Below, piece after piece: positions 16,141 to 25,822 of a stretch of DNA of 64,000 nucleotides. The notes under the pieces were generated by a model, which saw nothing but the letters and a program-made list of their open reading frames with translations, was not told the DNA's origin and did not search any database. A program made the position numbers and the translations under genes. Source of the DNA: Patescibacteria group bacterium (GTDB lineage: Bacteria; Patescibacteriota; Microgenomatia; UBA8517); contig JBGSJG010000004.1 of NCBI GenBank assembly GCA_041742135.1, forward strand, positions 171,773 through 235,772, read 5' to 3'. Every line of letters begins with the position of its first letter. The stretch's first letter is position 1.

Positions 16141-18672
16141 ATGTCAGCTAAATACGACCACTCACAGATAGAAAAAAAGTGGCAAAAGACTTGGGAGGAG
16201 CAAAAGCTTTACTCGCCAGACATAAACACGCGCGATAATAAGTTTTATAATCTGTGGATGTTTCCTTATCCTTCAGGTGAAGGACTTCATGCTGGGCATG
16301 CTTTTGCTTCAACTGGGAGTGATGTCTACGGCAGATTTATGCGAATGCAAGATATGAGCGTGTTTCAGCCTATTGGGTACGATTCTTTTGGAATTCACTC
16401 TGAAAACTTCGCAATTAAAAACTCAGAGACACCCAAAGTGATGCTGGCTCGAACCACGCTCAACTATGAAAGGCAACTAAGAAGCCTCGGCCATAGTTAT
16501 GATTGGACTCGTACAGTTACCACCTCAAATGTTGATTACTACAAGTGGACACAGTGGCTTTTTATTCAAATTTTTAAGGCAGGCCATGCTTATAAAAAGA
16601 AAGCTTGGGTTAATTTTTGCCCGGGGTGTAAGACCGTATTGGCGGACGAGCAAATAATGAGCCCGGCTCAAGCTGGTAAGCTACCACCAGGATACGACAA
16701 GCTCGAGGATGTGCCTGATGGGGTGCGTGTCTGTGAGCGCTGTGGCAATATTCCCGAGCGACGTGAGCTTTCGCAGTGGTTTTTTAAAATCACCCAGTAC
16801 GCCGATCGACTGCTTTCAAACTTGGACATTATCAATTGGAGCGAGAGAGTGAAAGTGGCACAACGCGAGTGGATCGGTCGAAAAGAGGGGATAAACATTA
16901 CTTACCCTATTGAGAGCACTAGTTCTTCTGTAACCTGCTTCACAACGCGGCCAGATACCAACTTTGGAGCAACGTTTGTTGTGGTATCTCCAGAGTACGC
17001 ACGCGACAATTTAGTAGATGTGGTATCTGAAGAAGTACAACATAATATAACTAAATATATCGAAGAGTCTCTGGCGAAGACTGAACAGCAAAGAAGAGAA
17101 GATGGTAAAACAAAAACTGGGGAATTCACTGGTCTTTATGCGATTAATCAGCTCAACGGCCATAAAATGCCTATTTGGGTGAGCGATTTTGTCTTAAGTG
17201 GCTTTGGAACAGGAGCTGTTGTGGGAGTTCCTGGCCACGACAAGCGTGATTTTGACTTTGCGAAAACATTTGATATACCAGTGGTTCGAGTGGTTGTAGG
17301 TGCAGACGGGGACAAGTCAGACATTCACGATGCTAATCAGGTTCAGGAGGAACAAGGAACTATGATTAACTCCGAATTTCTGGATGGGATGGACATCAAT
17401 AAAGCAACGGTTGCGATGATGGATCATCTAGAGCAACAAGGCTGGGGCAAGCGCGAGACGACATACCATCTTCGAGATTGGCTAATTTCCAGGCAAAGAT
17501 ACTGGGGACCTCCGATTCCAATGGTTTATTGTGAGAAGTGTGATTGGCAACCGGTTCCGGAATCTGATTTGCCTGTGATTTTGCCTGACATTGCCGATTA
17601 TAAACCTAAGGGCGAGGGGAGCGGGCCGCTAGCAGATCACCCCGAGTTTTACGAAACAACTTGCCCCAAGTGTGGCGGAGCAGCCAAGCGAGAAACTGAT
17701 GTTTCTGATACATTTTTAGATAGTTCGTGGTATTTTCTAGCCTATCCAAATGTGGGTACCGACGAATACAAAAATGGTCCTTCGGCAAGCTCAGGACAAG
17801 ACGTGTTTTTAAATAAACAAATATTGAAGTCTTGGTTGCCGGTTGATTTGTATTTCGGCGGAGCTGAGCATTCTGTGCTTCACTTGATGTATGCCAGATT
17901 TGTCACAATGGCTTTGTACGATCTTAAGCTTTTGAGTTTTGAGGAACCTTTCCCAAATTTCTTTGCTCACGGGCTCATGATCAAGGATGGTGCCAAGATG
18001 AGTAAAAGCCGTGGCAACGTGGTCAACCCAGACGAGTACATTGCAAAATATGGAGCAGATACCCTGCGGCTTTATTTGATGTTTATGGGTCCGATGGACG
18101 GCTATCCTGACTTTCGCGACACCGGAATTGAAGGAATGCATAAGTTTGTGGCCCGCCTCTGGAGAGTTATTGGTCAATACAATAAGGATGCTAAAGCGGA
18201 TGAAAAGACGCTTCAGAAACTTCACAGCACCATAAAGAAGGTAACAGAAGACTTAAAAATATATCACAATAATACAGCTATCGCGGCTATTATGGAGCTT
18301 GTAAACTTGATCGTAGAGGCTAACGCTTATGGCCGAGATATTATCGAGCCTTTGGTTGGTCTTATTGCCCCGTTCGCACCACACTTGGCAGAAGAAGCTT
18401 GGGTGAGCGTTTTGGGTAATGAGGGGTCGGTTCATACATCTGTTTGGCCAAAGTATGATGAGGCCAAGCTAGTTTTGAGCCACAAAGACATTATTGTCCA
18501 AGTAGATGGCAAGATGCGTGCGTCTATATCTATTGAAAGCAAAAGTGCCGAGCTTGAGGAAGAAGTTGCCAAAGCAGCCAAGGCTGATGCTAATGTTGCG
18601 AAGTGGCTTGAGGCAAAGCAGTACAAAACAATTTTTATTCCCGGAAGGCTACTTAACTTCGTTACACTGTAG
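16141..18672 (+). CDS. leuS: Leucyl-tRNA synthetase.
   Basis: 843 aa. HIGH-type motif PYPSGEGLHAGHAF and KMSKS motif GAKMSKSRGNVV. It has the class Ia editing/CP1 architecture and a Zn-knuckle (CPGC...CERCG). Confidence 0.95.
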   Translation: MSAKYDHSQIEKKWQKTWEEQKLYSPDINTRDNKFYNLWMFPYPSGEGLHAGHAFASTGSDVYGRFMRMQDMSVFQPIGYDSFGIHSENFAIKNSETPKVMLARTTLNYERQLRSLGHSYDWTRTVTTSNVDYYKWTQWLFIQIFKAGHAYKKKAWVNFCPGCKTVLADEQIMSPAQAGKLPPGYDKLEDVPDGVRVCERCGNIPERRELSQWFFKITQYADRLLSNLDIINWSERVKVAQREWIGRKEGINITYPIESTSSSVTCFTTRPDTNFGATFVVVSPEYARDNLVDVVSEEVQHNITKYIEESLAKTEQQRREDGKTKTGEFTGLYAINQLNGHKMPIWVSDFVLSGFGTGAVVGVPGHDKRDFDFAKTFDIPVVRVVVGADGDKSDIHDANQVQEEQGTMINSEFLDGMDINKATVAMMDHLEQQGWGKRETTYHLRDWLISRQRYWGPPIPMVYCEKCDWQPVPESDLPVILPDIADYKPKGEGSGPLADHPEFYETTCPKCGGAAKRETDVSDTFLDSSWYFLAYPNVGTDEYKNGPSASSGQDVFLNKQILKSWLPVDLYFGGAEHSVLHLMYARFVTMALYDLKLLSFEEPFPNFFAHGLMIKDGAKMSKSRGNVVNPDEYIAKYGADTLRLYLMFMGPMDGYPDFRDTGIEGMHKFVARLWRVIGQYNKDAKADEKTLQKLHSTIKKVTEDLKIYHNNTAIAAIMELVNLIVEANAYGRDIIEPLVGLIAPFAPHLAEEAWVSVLGNEGSVHTSVWPKYDEAKLVLSHKDIIVQVDGKMRASISIESKSAELEEEVAKAAKADANVAKWLEAKQYKTIFIPGRLLNFVTL

Positions 18673-18677
18673 CGAAA

Positions 18678-19265
18678 CTATTTTCTGGTAATTACGAAGA
18701 TCACGAGGATGACTCCAAAGATTGCGATAAATGCTAGAATTCCGCCTGCTGCAAAAATCCTACCTAAGTTTCTTGGGGCTGATGCAACCTCTGGAGTTGG
18801 GGTTGCCGATTCACTTAATTCTTCTCCTGCCTCAGGTGTTGGTGCCGGACCGTACAAAAATTCGTTTGGCTGCACCGACCCCTGCATCACAACTTCTGTA
18901 GAAGGTGTCCGCGGGTTTGCGCTACTTTCTATCGTAACAAATAACGTACTAAACTGGGTCTTGGTTTTAAATATTGCTCTGCCCAAGCCTACAGTACCCA
19001 ATCGGACTGGGTTTCCACCAGCAGAAGGGGAAGCCCAGACAACATAATTCACGATTGTCCGGCTGTCTCCTGGATACAAAATATCTTGACATAGAAGTAG
19101 AATGTTATAGTTTGAGTCTGCCATGATGCCCGAATAGGCCGTACAACGAGCATCTTCACCAACACGGTTTCGAAGGTCAAATGTGCCCTCAGACGCACTT
19201 GCCGCTGCCGAGCCCCCAAAAATAAGCACAACCGCAAAAGCTAAACCCAAAAGTGTCTTCTTCAT
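18678..19265 (-). CDS. Hypothetical secreted protein with a signal peptide, Pro/Thr-rich linker and C-terminal TM anchor.
   Basis: The signal peptide is MKKTLLGLAFAVVLIFGGSAAASA. The C-terminus is GGILAFIAIFGVILVIFVITRK (TM + basic tail). Convergent with leuS, 5 nt apart. Confidence 0.5.
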   Translation of the reverse strand: MKKTLLGLAFAVVLIFGGSAAASASEGTFDLRNRVGEDARCTAYSGIMADSNYNILLLCQDILYPGDSRTIVNYVVWASPSAGGNPVRLGTVGLGRAIFKTKTQFSTLFVTIESSANPRTPSTEVVMQGSVQPNEFLYGPAPTPEAGEELSESATPTPEVASAPRNLGRIFAAGGILAFIAIFGVILVIFVITRK

Positions 19266-19294
19266 ACCAATAGTTTACTATAGATGTATAAGAA

Positions 19295-19930
19295 ATGACA
19301 AATGAAGAGCCAGCTGCCCGCTGGGGGCAAGATCTGCTTATTCGCTTCAGATGGCAGATTGTTATTCTCTTGGTTGGCCTTACTTTGGTTGGTGTGGGTT
19401 ACTACATTTCAAATACTCCCAAATCACCAGAAATTCAGATACTCGACGAGGCAGAAGGAGGAGACTCGGCATCTGTTGTAACTGTTGAAATTGCGGGCTC
19501 AGTAAATCGCCCGGGAGTCTATAGCCTTGCGGCGGGAGCCAGAATTGATGATCTGATAAATAACGCCGAAGGTTTAAACGATTTGGCGGATGGCCAGTGG
19601 GTGGAGAAGTACCTAAATCGCGCTGCGATACTAATTGACGGTCAAAAAATTTACATTCCATCGGTTGATGAGCAGTTGCCACCATCGAGTGCCAGAAGTG
19701 ACATGGGGGATCAAAGTGTAAACCAGGTGTTTGGGAGCAGTGACACAAGAGTGATAAACGTCAACACTGCGAGCCAGAAGGAGCTGGAGGAGTTACCGGG
19801 AATTGGCCCTGTTTACGCCCAAAAGATAATTGATAACAGGCCTTACTCAAGTGTGGAGGATCTTCGCACCCGCGAGGTTTTGAGGCAAAACGTTTTTGAA
19901 GAGATTAAAAACGCAGTAACAGTTTACTAA
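19295..19930 (+). CDS. comEA: Competence protein ComEA (SLBB domain + tandem helix-hairpin-helix DNA-binding domain).
   Basis: N-terminal TM helix. The SLBB-like segment is VTVEIAGSVNRPGVYSLAAGARIDDLI. The C-terminal HhH segment is VNVNTASQKELEELPGIGPVYAQKIIDNRPYSSVEDL. Confidence 0.85.
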   Translation: MTNEEPAARWGQDLLIRFRWQIVILLVGLTLVGVGYYISNTPKSPEIQILDEAEGGDSASVVTVEIAGSVNRPGVYSLAAGARIDDLINNAEGLNDLADGQWVEKYLNRAAILIDGQKIYIPSVDEQLPPSSARSDMGDQSVNQVFGSSDTRVINVNTASQKELEELPGIGPVYAQKIIDNRPYSSVEDLRTREVLRQNVFEEIKNAVTVY

Positions 19931-19937
19931 AAAGTGC

Positions 19938-20993
19938 ATGCCAAAAATTATTTTTGTGCTTCTAGCGGCTTTTGCTCTACTTCGAATACTTACTTTCGGC
20001 TACGAGTACCCAGAGGGCAAGCTTGTCAGAATATCTACGCGACTGAGTAGCGAGCCTGGGGTGTATGGAAACTCGCGTTTTATTATCCTTCACGGACTTA
20101 AAGCCTATGTGCCAATTTTGCCCGAAGTAAGTTACGGTGACTACGTTGTTGTGGAGGGAAAGGTGAATGGCGACAAACTTGAAAACGTTAAGGTAGTTAG
20201 CATTAAAGAGGGCGGCGGGCTTTTTAATCTTCGCCGAAAAATTCTTGCGATTTATCAGAAAGCTTTGCCCGAGCCCCACGCTTCACTTGTGGCTGGCATT
20301 GTCTTGGGAAGTAAAAGCTCGCTACCCGAAAGCTTTTGGGAAAAGCTGAAACTCTCGGGGACTGCCCATGTAGTGGTGGCTTCGGGCATGAACGTCACTC
20401 TTGTTATCTCTTTTTTGCTAAGTATTTTATTAAATGTAACAAAAAGATATAAAGCTATATGTTTTGCAATATTTGGGGCGTGGGTTTATGTTGTCTTGTC
20501 TGGGCTTGATGCGCCTTTGGTTCGAGCTGCCATTATGGGAACAATTGCGTTTGGAGCACAAGCGGTGGGACGGCTTTCAAGCGCAATCCGTGCGCTTTTT
20601 CTCTCGGGACTTGTCATGTTGATTGTAAAGCCCGAGTGGGCGCGCGACCTGGGATTTATCCTATCATTTGTCGCAACATTGTCATTGGTACTATTTGAGG
20701 CCAAAATTGCCAAAGCACTAGCTCGCCTGCCTTTAATTTTCAAGAAAGACCTTGCAACTACACTTTCGGCTCAGATTGGAGTAGCGCCAATTCTTCTAGC
20801 AACGTTTGGGACTTTTAACCCGCTTTCACCTTTCATAAACGCTCTGATACTTTGGACTGTCCCGCCTATCATGATAGTTGGAGCATTTGCTGGCTTGGCT
20901 GGTATGGTTATCGAGCCTTTGGGGATACTGATTACATATTTGGCTTTTCCTTTTACTTTCTGGTTTGTTAAAGTTGTTGAATATTTATCGTGA
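19938..20993 (+). CDS. comEC: ComEC/Rec2 N-terminal part (DUF4131-like + polytopic competence membrane domain).
   Basis: N-terminal TM + OB-like region, then multiple TM helices. It ends in a GTGA overlap with the next ORF, which carries the metallo-beta-lactamase domain. Confidence 0.8.
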   Translation: MPKIIFVLLAAFALLRILTFGYEYPEGKLVRISTRLSSEPGVYGNSRFIILHGLKAYVPILPEVSYGDYVVVEGKVNGDKLENVKVVSIKEGGGLFNLRRKILAIYQKALPEPHASLVAGIVLGSKSSLPESFWEKLKLSGTAHVVVASGMNVTLVISFLLSILLNVTKRYKAICFAIFGAWVYVVLSGLDAPLVRAAIMGTIAFGAQAVGRLSSAIRALFLSGLVMLIVKPEWARDLGFILSFVATLSLVLFEAKIAKALARLPLIFKKDLATTLSAQIGVAPILLATFGTFNPLSPFINALILWTVPPIMIVGAFAGLAGMVIEPLGILITYLAFPFTFWFVKVVEYLS

Positions 20994-21841
20994 CCAATAA
21001 ATCCTGGTTGTTTACATTTACAATTCTTTTTCTGGCTGCGCTCATTGTTTGGATTGGTGCACTGAATCGCCCGACTCAAAAGCTTAAGGTGATTGCTTGC
21101 GATGTGGGGCAAGGGGACGCGTATTTAATAACACTCGGAAACTTTCAGGCTCTTATCGACGGCGGCCCTAATAACAAAGTTCTTGATTGTCTGGGAAGAT
21201 ACGTTTCATTTTTTGATCGTGATATCGAGATCGTAATTCAAACTCACCCGGACGCGGACCACTATACCGGGCTTGTTGAGGTCTTAAAAAGATATAACGT
21301 CAAACACCTTGTTTATAGCGAAGCTCGCAAAGATAACGACGCTTATAGCGAGTTTCTTGATGCTGCCAATGCTGAGGGCGCAAATAGGGTAGTGGCAGTA
21401 AGTGGCAAAAAAATTGTATATGGAGATTTACATTTTGAGATAGTAAGCCCTATTAATTCGATGTTTGTAGCAGGGGAGGAAATTGACGAAGATGAGTCAA
21501 ACGACTATTCTGTTGTAACTCACTTGGTATATGGGGATTTTAGTGCTCTTTTTACCGGGGACTTAACACCAAAAGTAACCCAGAAACTTGTGAGCTTAAA
21601 CCAAATTCCAGATGTTGATTACTTAAGCGTTCCGCATCATGGATCAAAAAATGGTTTAACACAGATACTACTACAAAAGACTACACCTAACGTTACTGTA
21701 ATCTCAGTGGGACTCAAAAATCGCTACGGCCACCCGCACGAGGATGTTTTGAAGTTACTTGATGGTTATAAGTATTTTAGGACAGACCAGGTAGGTGAAG
21801 TGGTTTTGCAGGGTGATGGAAAAATTTGGGATATTTATTAA
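20990..21841 (+). CDS. comEC: ComEC C-terminal metallo-beta-lactamase (MBL-fold nuclease) domain as a separate ORF.
   Basis: VIACDVGQGDAYLI...IDGGP...IQTHPDADHYTGL is the MBL HxHxDH-type motif. GTG start at 20990 overlaps the upstream TGA (GTGA). Confidence 0.8.
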   Translation: MTNKSWLFTFTILFLAALIVWIGALNRPTQKLKVIACDVGQGDAYLITLGNFQALIDGGPNNKVLDCLGRYVSFFDRDIEIVIQTHPDADHYTGLVEVLKRYNVKHLVYSEARKDNDAYSEFLDAANAEGANRVVAVSGKKIVYGDLHFEIVSPINSMFVAGEEIDEDESNDYSVVTHLVYGDFSALFTGDLTPKVTQKLVSLNQIPDVDYLSVPHHGSKNGLTQILLQKTTPNVTVISVGLKNRYGHPHEDVLKLLDGYKYFRTDQVGEVVLQGDGKIWDIY

Positions 21842-22203
21842 TCCTCTGGTTTATCCAGGAAACTTAACATGCTATCCAATCTTTTTTTCTTCTCATCTTC
21901 TTTTGGGAATATTTTTGCGTCGACTTCATCAAAATACTGTTTAATACGTTTTTGTTCTTCGTCTGTAAATAGTGGTGGACTATCCGGATTATTCTGCTTG
22001 TGATTATGCCATGTCGCGATGGCTGCAGTGTATGATAGTTCTGGGTCTCCCTGAACGTTCATGAGCGCTTTTTGATATGCAACTTTTAAACTGCCAATTA
22101 CGATTAGCCTCTGTGCTTTGTCTGGTGCAGTTAAAAAATCTGCATCAGTGTTATAAATATTTTCAATATCTTCAACTGGATTCGGTTGATCTTCCTCAGT
22201 CAT
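21838..22203 (-). CDS. Hypothetical acidic protein (~121 aa).
   Basis: ORF-track ORF 21838..22290, trimmed to the internal ATG at 22203..22201 because the longer form overlaps the argS start by 59 nt. No motifs. Confidence 0.4.
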   Translation of the reverse strand: MTEEDQPNPVEDIENIYNTDADFLTAPDKAQRLIVIGSLKVAYQKALMNVQGDPELSYTAAIATWHNHKQNNPDSPPLFTDEEQKRIKQYFDEVDAKIFPKEDEKKKRLDSMLSFLDKPED

Positions 22204-22218
22204 GCGTCCATTATAAGG

Positions 22219-22224
22219 TATAAT
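22219..22224 (+). promoter_or_regulatory. TATAAT -10 hexamer 7 nt upstream of the argS ATG, implying a leaderless argS mRNA.
   Basis: Exact TATAAT at 22219..22224. The ATG is at 22232 with no SD. Confidence 0.3.
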
Positions 22225-22231
22225 CAATTTA

Positions 22232-23935
22232 ATGGTAAGAGAGACGTTGCTGAAAGTACTACAATCCATAACCCAATCAGAAGACATCAAATTGGACGTG
22301 CCTCAGGACTCGGCACATGGAGATTATGCTACAAGTGTAGCACTCGTAATGGCTAAGCGCCAAAACAAAAACCCTCTTGAGGTGGCGGAAGAGCTGGTGG
22401 GGAAACTTCGAGATAACAAAGAGCTTGAAGGACTAATTGACAGAATTGAAGTCGCACCTCCTGGATTTATTAACTTTTGGGTTGCAGATTCTTTGCTCGT
22501 TTCCGAGACGCTTAAGTTTGCAGACAAGATTGATGTAGCTAGTAATGATGTTTCCGGCAAGAAGGTGCTGGTTGAATATAGTTCCCCAAATATTGCCAAG
22601 CCGTTTGGTATTGGCCATTTTAGAAGTACCGTTATAGGTGATGCTGTAGCAAATTTGCTTGAAGCAGTTGGCTACACGGTCTACCGCGATAACCATCTTG
22701 GAGATTGGGGGACACAGTTTGGCAAACAAATATATGCTATCAAAACTTGGGGAGATGAGGCGGCAATCGATAAGTCTGATAATCCAGTTCACGACTTGGT
22801 TGAGCTTTATGTAAAGTTTCACGAAGAGGCTGAAAAGGACAAAAGCCTCGAAGATGGTGCTAGGGGGTGGTTTAAGAAACTTGAAAGTGGGAACCCTGAA
22901 GCCAGGCGAATTTGGCTTAAGTGCGTAGACTGGTCTCTTGATGCCTTTAAAGGAATATACGAGATATTAAATATTAGATTTACCGAGAACGATGGAGTTG
23001 GATATGGAGAATCATATTTTGAGACGAAAATGAAAGATGTTCTTGACGAGCTTGAAAGCAAAGGATTACTAAAAGAAGGAGAAGAAGGAGCAAAACTCGT
23101 ATTTTTTGACAACGAGAAGTACCCGCCACTCATGATTACCAAAAAGGACGGGACTAGCTTGTATGCTACACGCGATTTGGCGGCGGACAAATTTAGACTA
23201 GAAACTTACGGGCAGGGCTTGACTATTATTAATGAAGTGGGAGCTGAGCAATCGCTTTATTTTACACAGCTATTTGAGCTGGAGCAGATGCTTGGCTGGG
23301 TCAAGGATGGCCAGAGAATTCATGTTAAGCACGGCTTTTTTAGATTCACCGATCGCAAGATGTCTACTCGCAAGGGCGATATCATTTGGCTTTCGGATGT
23401 AATTGACGAGGCGATAGCGCGAGCGAGTAAATTTGGAAGTGATGACAAGCTTGCGAGAATCGTCGCCGTGGGGGCTTTAAAATGGAACGACTTAAAACGT
23501 GAGCCTGTAAAAGACATAATCTTTGACTGGGACCAAGTGCTTTCCATGGATGGGAACTCTGGGCCATACATGCAATATACATATGCCCGAGCAATGTCGA
23601 TTCTTAGCAAAAGCGGGAGCCAAGTGCCAGACAAATTAACTGTATCAAACCATTTTGGGGCATCAGATGCGGTCTTTGAATTATCGGAAAAAAACGTCGC
23701 CAGAAAGCTTTTTCACTACCCCCAAACTGTTCAAGATGCGGCAATAAATTACTCACCACACGTTTTGGCAACTTATTTATTCACCTTAGCTCAAGGGTTT
23801 AACACCTTTTATAATAACGAGCGCATAATTGGAAGCGAGCGAGAGCAAATACGCTTGAGCCTGACCGCGAGTGTGGCGAGTGTGATTAAGCACGGCCTTG
23901 GCCTTTTGGGCATAGAAGCTCCACAAAAGATGTGA
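22232..23935 (+). CDS. argS: Arginyl-tRNA synthetase.
   Basis: 567 aa. N-terminal Arg_tRNA_synt_N-like domain. HIGH-region SSPNIAKPFGIGHFRST. C-terminal DALR anticodon-binding region. Class I fold. Confidence 0.95.
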   Translation: MVRETLLKVLQSITQSEDIKLDVPQDSAHGDYATSVALVMAKRQNKNPLEVAEELVGKLRDNKELEGLIDRIEVAPPGFINFWVADSLLVSETLKFADKIDVASNDVSGKKVLVEYSSPNIAKPFGIGHFRSTVIGDAVANLLEAVGYTVYRDNHLGDWGTQFGKQIYAIKTWGDEAAIDKSDNPVHDLVELYVKFHEEAEKDKSLEDGARGWFKKLESGNPEARRIWLKCVDWSLDAFKGIYEILNIRFTENDGVGYGESYFETKMKDVLDELESKGLLKEGEEGAKLVFFDNEKYPPLMITKKDGTSLYATRDLAADKFRLETYGQGLTIINEVGAEQSLYFTQLFELEQMLGWVKDGQRIHVKHGFFRFTDRKMSTRKGDIIWLSDVIDEAIARASKFGSDDKLARIVAVGALKWNDLKREPVKDIIFDWDQVLSMDGNSGPYMQYTYARAMSILSKSGSQVPDKLTVSNHFGASDAVFELSEKNVARKLFHYPQTVQDAAINYSPHVLATYLFTLAQGFNTFYNNERIIGSEREQIRLSLTASVASVIKHGLGLLGIEAPQKM

Positions 23936-23955
23936 GATCTCTGCTAATATGATTT

Positions 23956-24510
23956 ATGGCTAGGTCTCGAGTAAAATTTGCGGATGATGATAGACAGTCG
24001 ATTGGAGTACTTTTGGGCCTTCGCACACCAGCGTTAATAGTAGGTTTGATTCTTGGACTGCTCCTATCATTTGCGACTTCTCAGTTTGAGGAGGTTATTT
24101 CTCAAAACATCTCGGTTGCCTTTTTTATCCCCTTTATTGTCTATCTTGCAGCCGCGGTCGGAGCACAGACTCAAAGTATTTACATTCGTGATTTAAAGAC
24201 CGGCAAGGCAAGTTTTAGGCGATACCTGCTAAAAGAAAGCATAATGGGTTTGCTGTTTGGGTTATTGTTTGGAGCTATTGCAGCTGCGATTGTCCTTGTG
24301 TGGTTTAAGTCTACAGAGCTTGCGCTTGCGGTCTCTTTGTCGCTTTTTGGGGCAGTCGCGCTTGCTCCTGTCATCGCCTTGACTGTTACTGAGGTCCTTG
24401 AACTGGAGCACACTGACCCGGCTACCGGCTCGGGTCCAATCGCCTCGGTTATCCAAGACACAGTAAGCGTGTTGATCTACGGATTCATCGCTAGTGCTAT
24501 CATTTTGTAA
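23956..24510 (+). CDS. MgtE-family divalent cation transporter, membrane domain only (no N-terminal MgtE_N/CBS regulatory domains).
   Basis: 184 aa with ~5 TM helices. The segment AFFIPFIVYLAAAVGAQTQS resembles the MgtE TM signature (AFFIP...GNxGxQ). Confidence 0.6.
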   Translation: MARSRVKFADDDRQSIGVLLGLRTPALIVGLILGLLLSFATSQFEEVISQNISVAFFIPFIVYLAAAVGAQTQSIYIRDLKTGKASFRRYLLKESIMGLLFGLLFGAIAAAIVLVWFKSTELALAVSLSLFGAVALAPVIALTVTEVLELEHTDPATGSGPIASVIQDTVSVLIYGFIASAIIL

Positions 24511-24524
24511 CCTTCAAATATATA

Positions 24525-25808
24525 ATGCTTGGGATGGGATTTAGACGAACAGTACTTCCAAACGGCATCAGATTTGTTCACTACGATGTCCCCGGTCTGG
24601 CCTCCGCCACTTTTACAGTTTGGTATGGAGTGGGTTCACGCTTTGAAGCCGAAGGTGTTGCAGGCATTAGCCATTTTTTGGAGCACATGGCCTTCAAAGG
24701 CGGCAAGAAATATCCTTCCGCGAAAGCGATTTCGGAGACCCTCGATGCTTTGGGGGTTGAGGATAATGCCTCGACCGGCCAGGAATATACTAACTATTAC
24801 GTTCGAGCAGCTTCGGCACTTTTGCCTCAAGCAGTAGACGTATTAGCCGATTCGCTTTTGACTCCACGCTTGGATGCCAAAGAGATAAATAAAGAACGGG
24901 GAGTGATTATCGAGGAAATTAATATGTACGAGGACGACCCGAAGGACTTAGTGAGCCTAATTTTTAATAATTTGATTTTCCCGAGTAATCCCTTGGGCCG
25001 CGACATTGCTGGGAGCCGTGAAACTGTCAAAGCTATAAGCCGTCAGGATTTCTTGGATTTTCGCGAAGTTCACTATCGGCCAGAAAATATTGTCATCACT
25101 GTTTCAGGAGGAGTTTCTTACTCTGACGCGCTTGATCTTGCAAAGTCCTATTTCGGCAAGCTTAAAAGCTCAAAGTACCAAAAAGCATACGAGGGCTTCA
25201 ATTTTGATCAAAAAAAGCCAGCTGCTGTGATTCGCAACAAGCCAACGGAACAAACCAACCTCATTTTGGGTTTTGTGGGCAAAAAGCACGGCGATAAAAC
25301 TCGCTATGCCGAGGCACTGCTGGCCATAATTTTGGGCGCTGGGATGAGTAGCCGGCTGTTTCGTGAAGTGCGCGAGAAGCGGGGATTGGCGTATTCGGTT
25401 TTTGCTTCAAGTTCTCACTATATTGACACTGGAGAATTCTCGGCTTACGCAGGTGTTCCAGTAGCCAAGGCCCAAGATGCCATTGCCGTTATGCTCAAAG
25501 AAATTTACAAGATGAGCTCAAAAAAGCACGGAATTACTAAGGCTGAGATTAATAAAGCCAAGGCTTTTTATAAGGGACACATGGCGCTTTCGATGGAAAA
25601 TACGCGTGCGATCAACTACTTTTTTGGCCACGAAGAGATAAAAGGCGGGGAGCTCAAAAATCCAGAGGAAGTCTTTAAGCTTATTGATAAAGTGACAGTT
25701 GATGAAATAGTTGCTGTCGCCGGCGATCTTTTTGTTCCCTCTCGAGCAAACTTGGCAGTAGTTGGGCCATACAAAAATCCCGAAATCTTTGAAAAACTTA
25801 TTAATTAA
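24525..25808 (+). CDS. M16-family zinc metallopeptidase (insulinase/pitrilysin-like).
   Basis: Inverted zinc-binding motif HFLEHMAF (HxxEH) plus downstream E. About 430 aa with two M16 halves. Confidence 0.85.
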   Translation: MLGMGFRRTVLPNGIRFVHYDVPGLASATFTVWYGVGSRFEAEGVAGISHFLEHMAFKGGKKYPSAKAISETLDALGVEDNASTGQEYTNYYVRAASALLPQAVDVLADSLLTPRLDAKEINKERGVIIEEINMYEDDPKDLVSLIFNNLIFPSNPLGRDIAGSRETVKAISRQDFLDFREVHYRPENIVITVSGGVSYSDALDLAKSYFGKLKSSKYQKAYEGFNFDQKKPAAVIRNKPTEQTNLILGFVGKKHGDKTRYAEALLAIILGAGMSSRLFREVREKRGLAYSVFASSSHYIDTGEFSAYAGVPVAKAQDAIAVMLKEIYKMSSKKHGITKAEINKAKAFYKGHMALSMENTRAINYFFGHEEIKGGELKNPEEVFKLIDKVTVDEIVAVAGDLFVPSRANLAVVGPYKNPEIFEKLIN

Positions 25809-25822
25809 GGTTATAATCAGCC

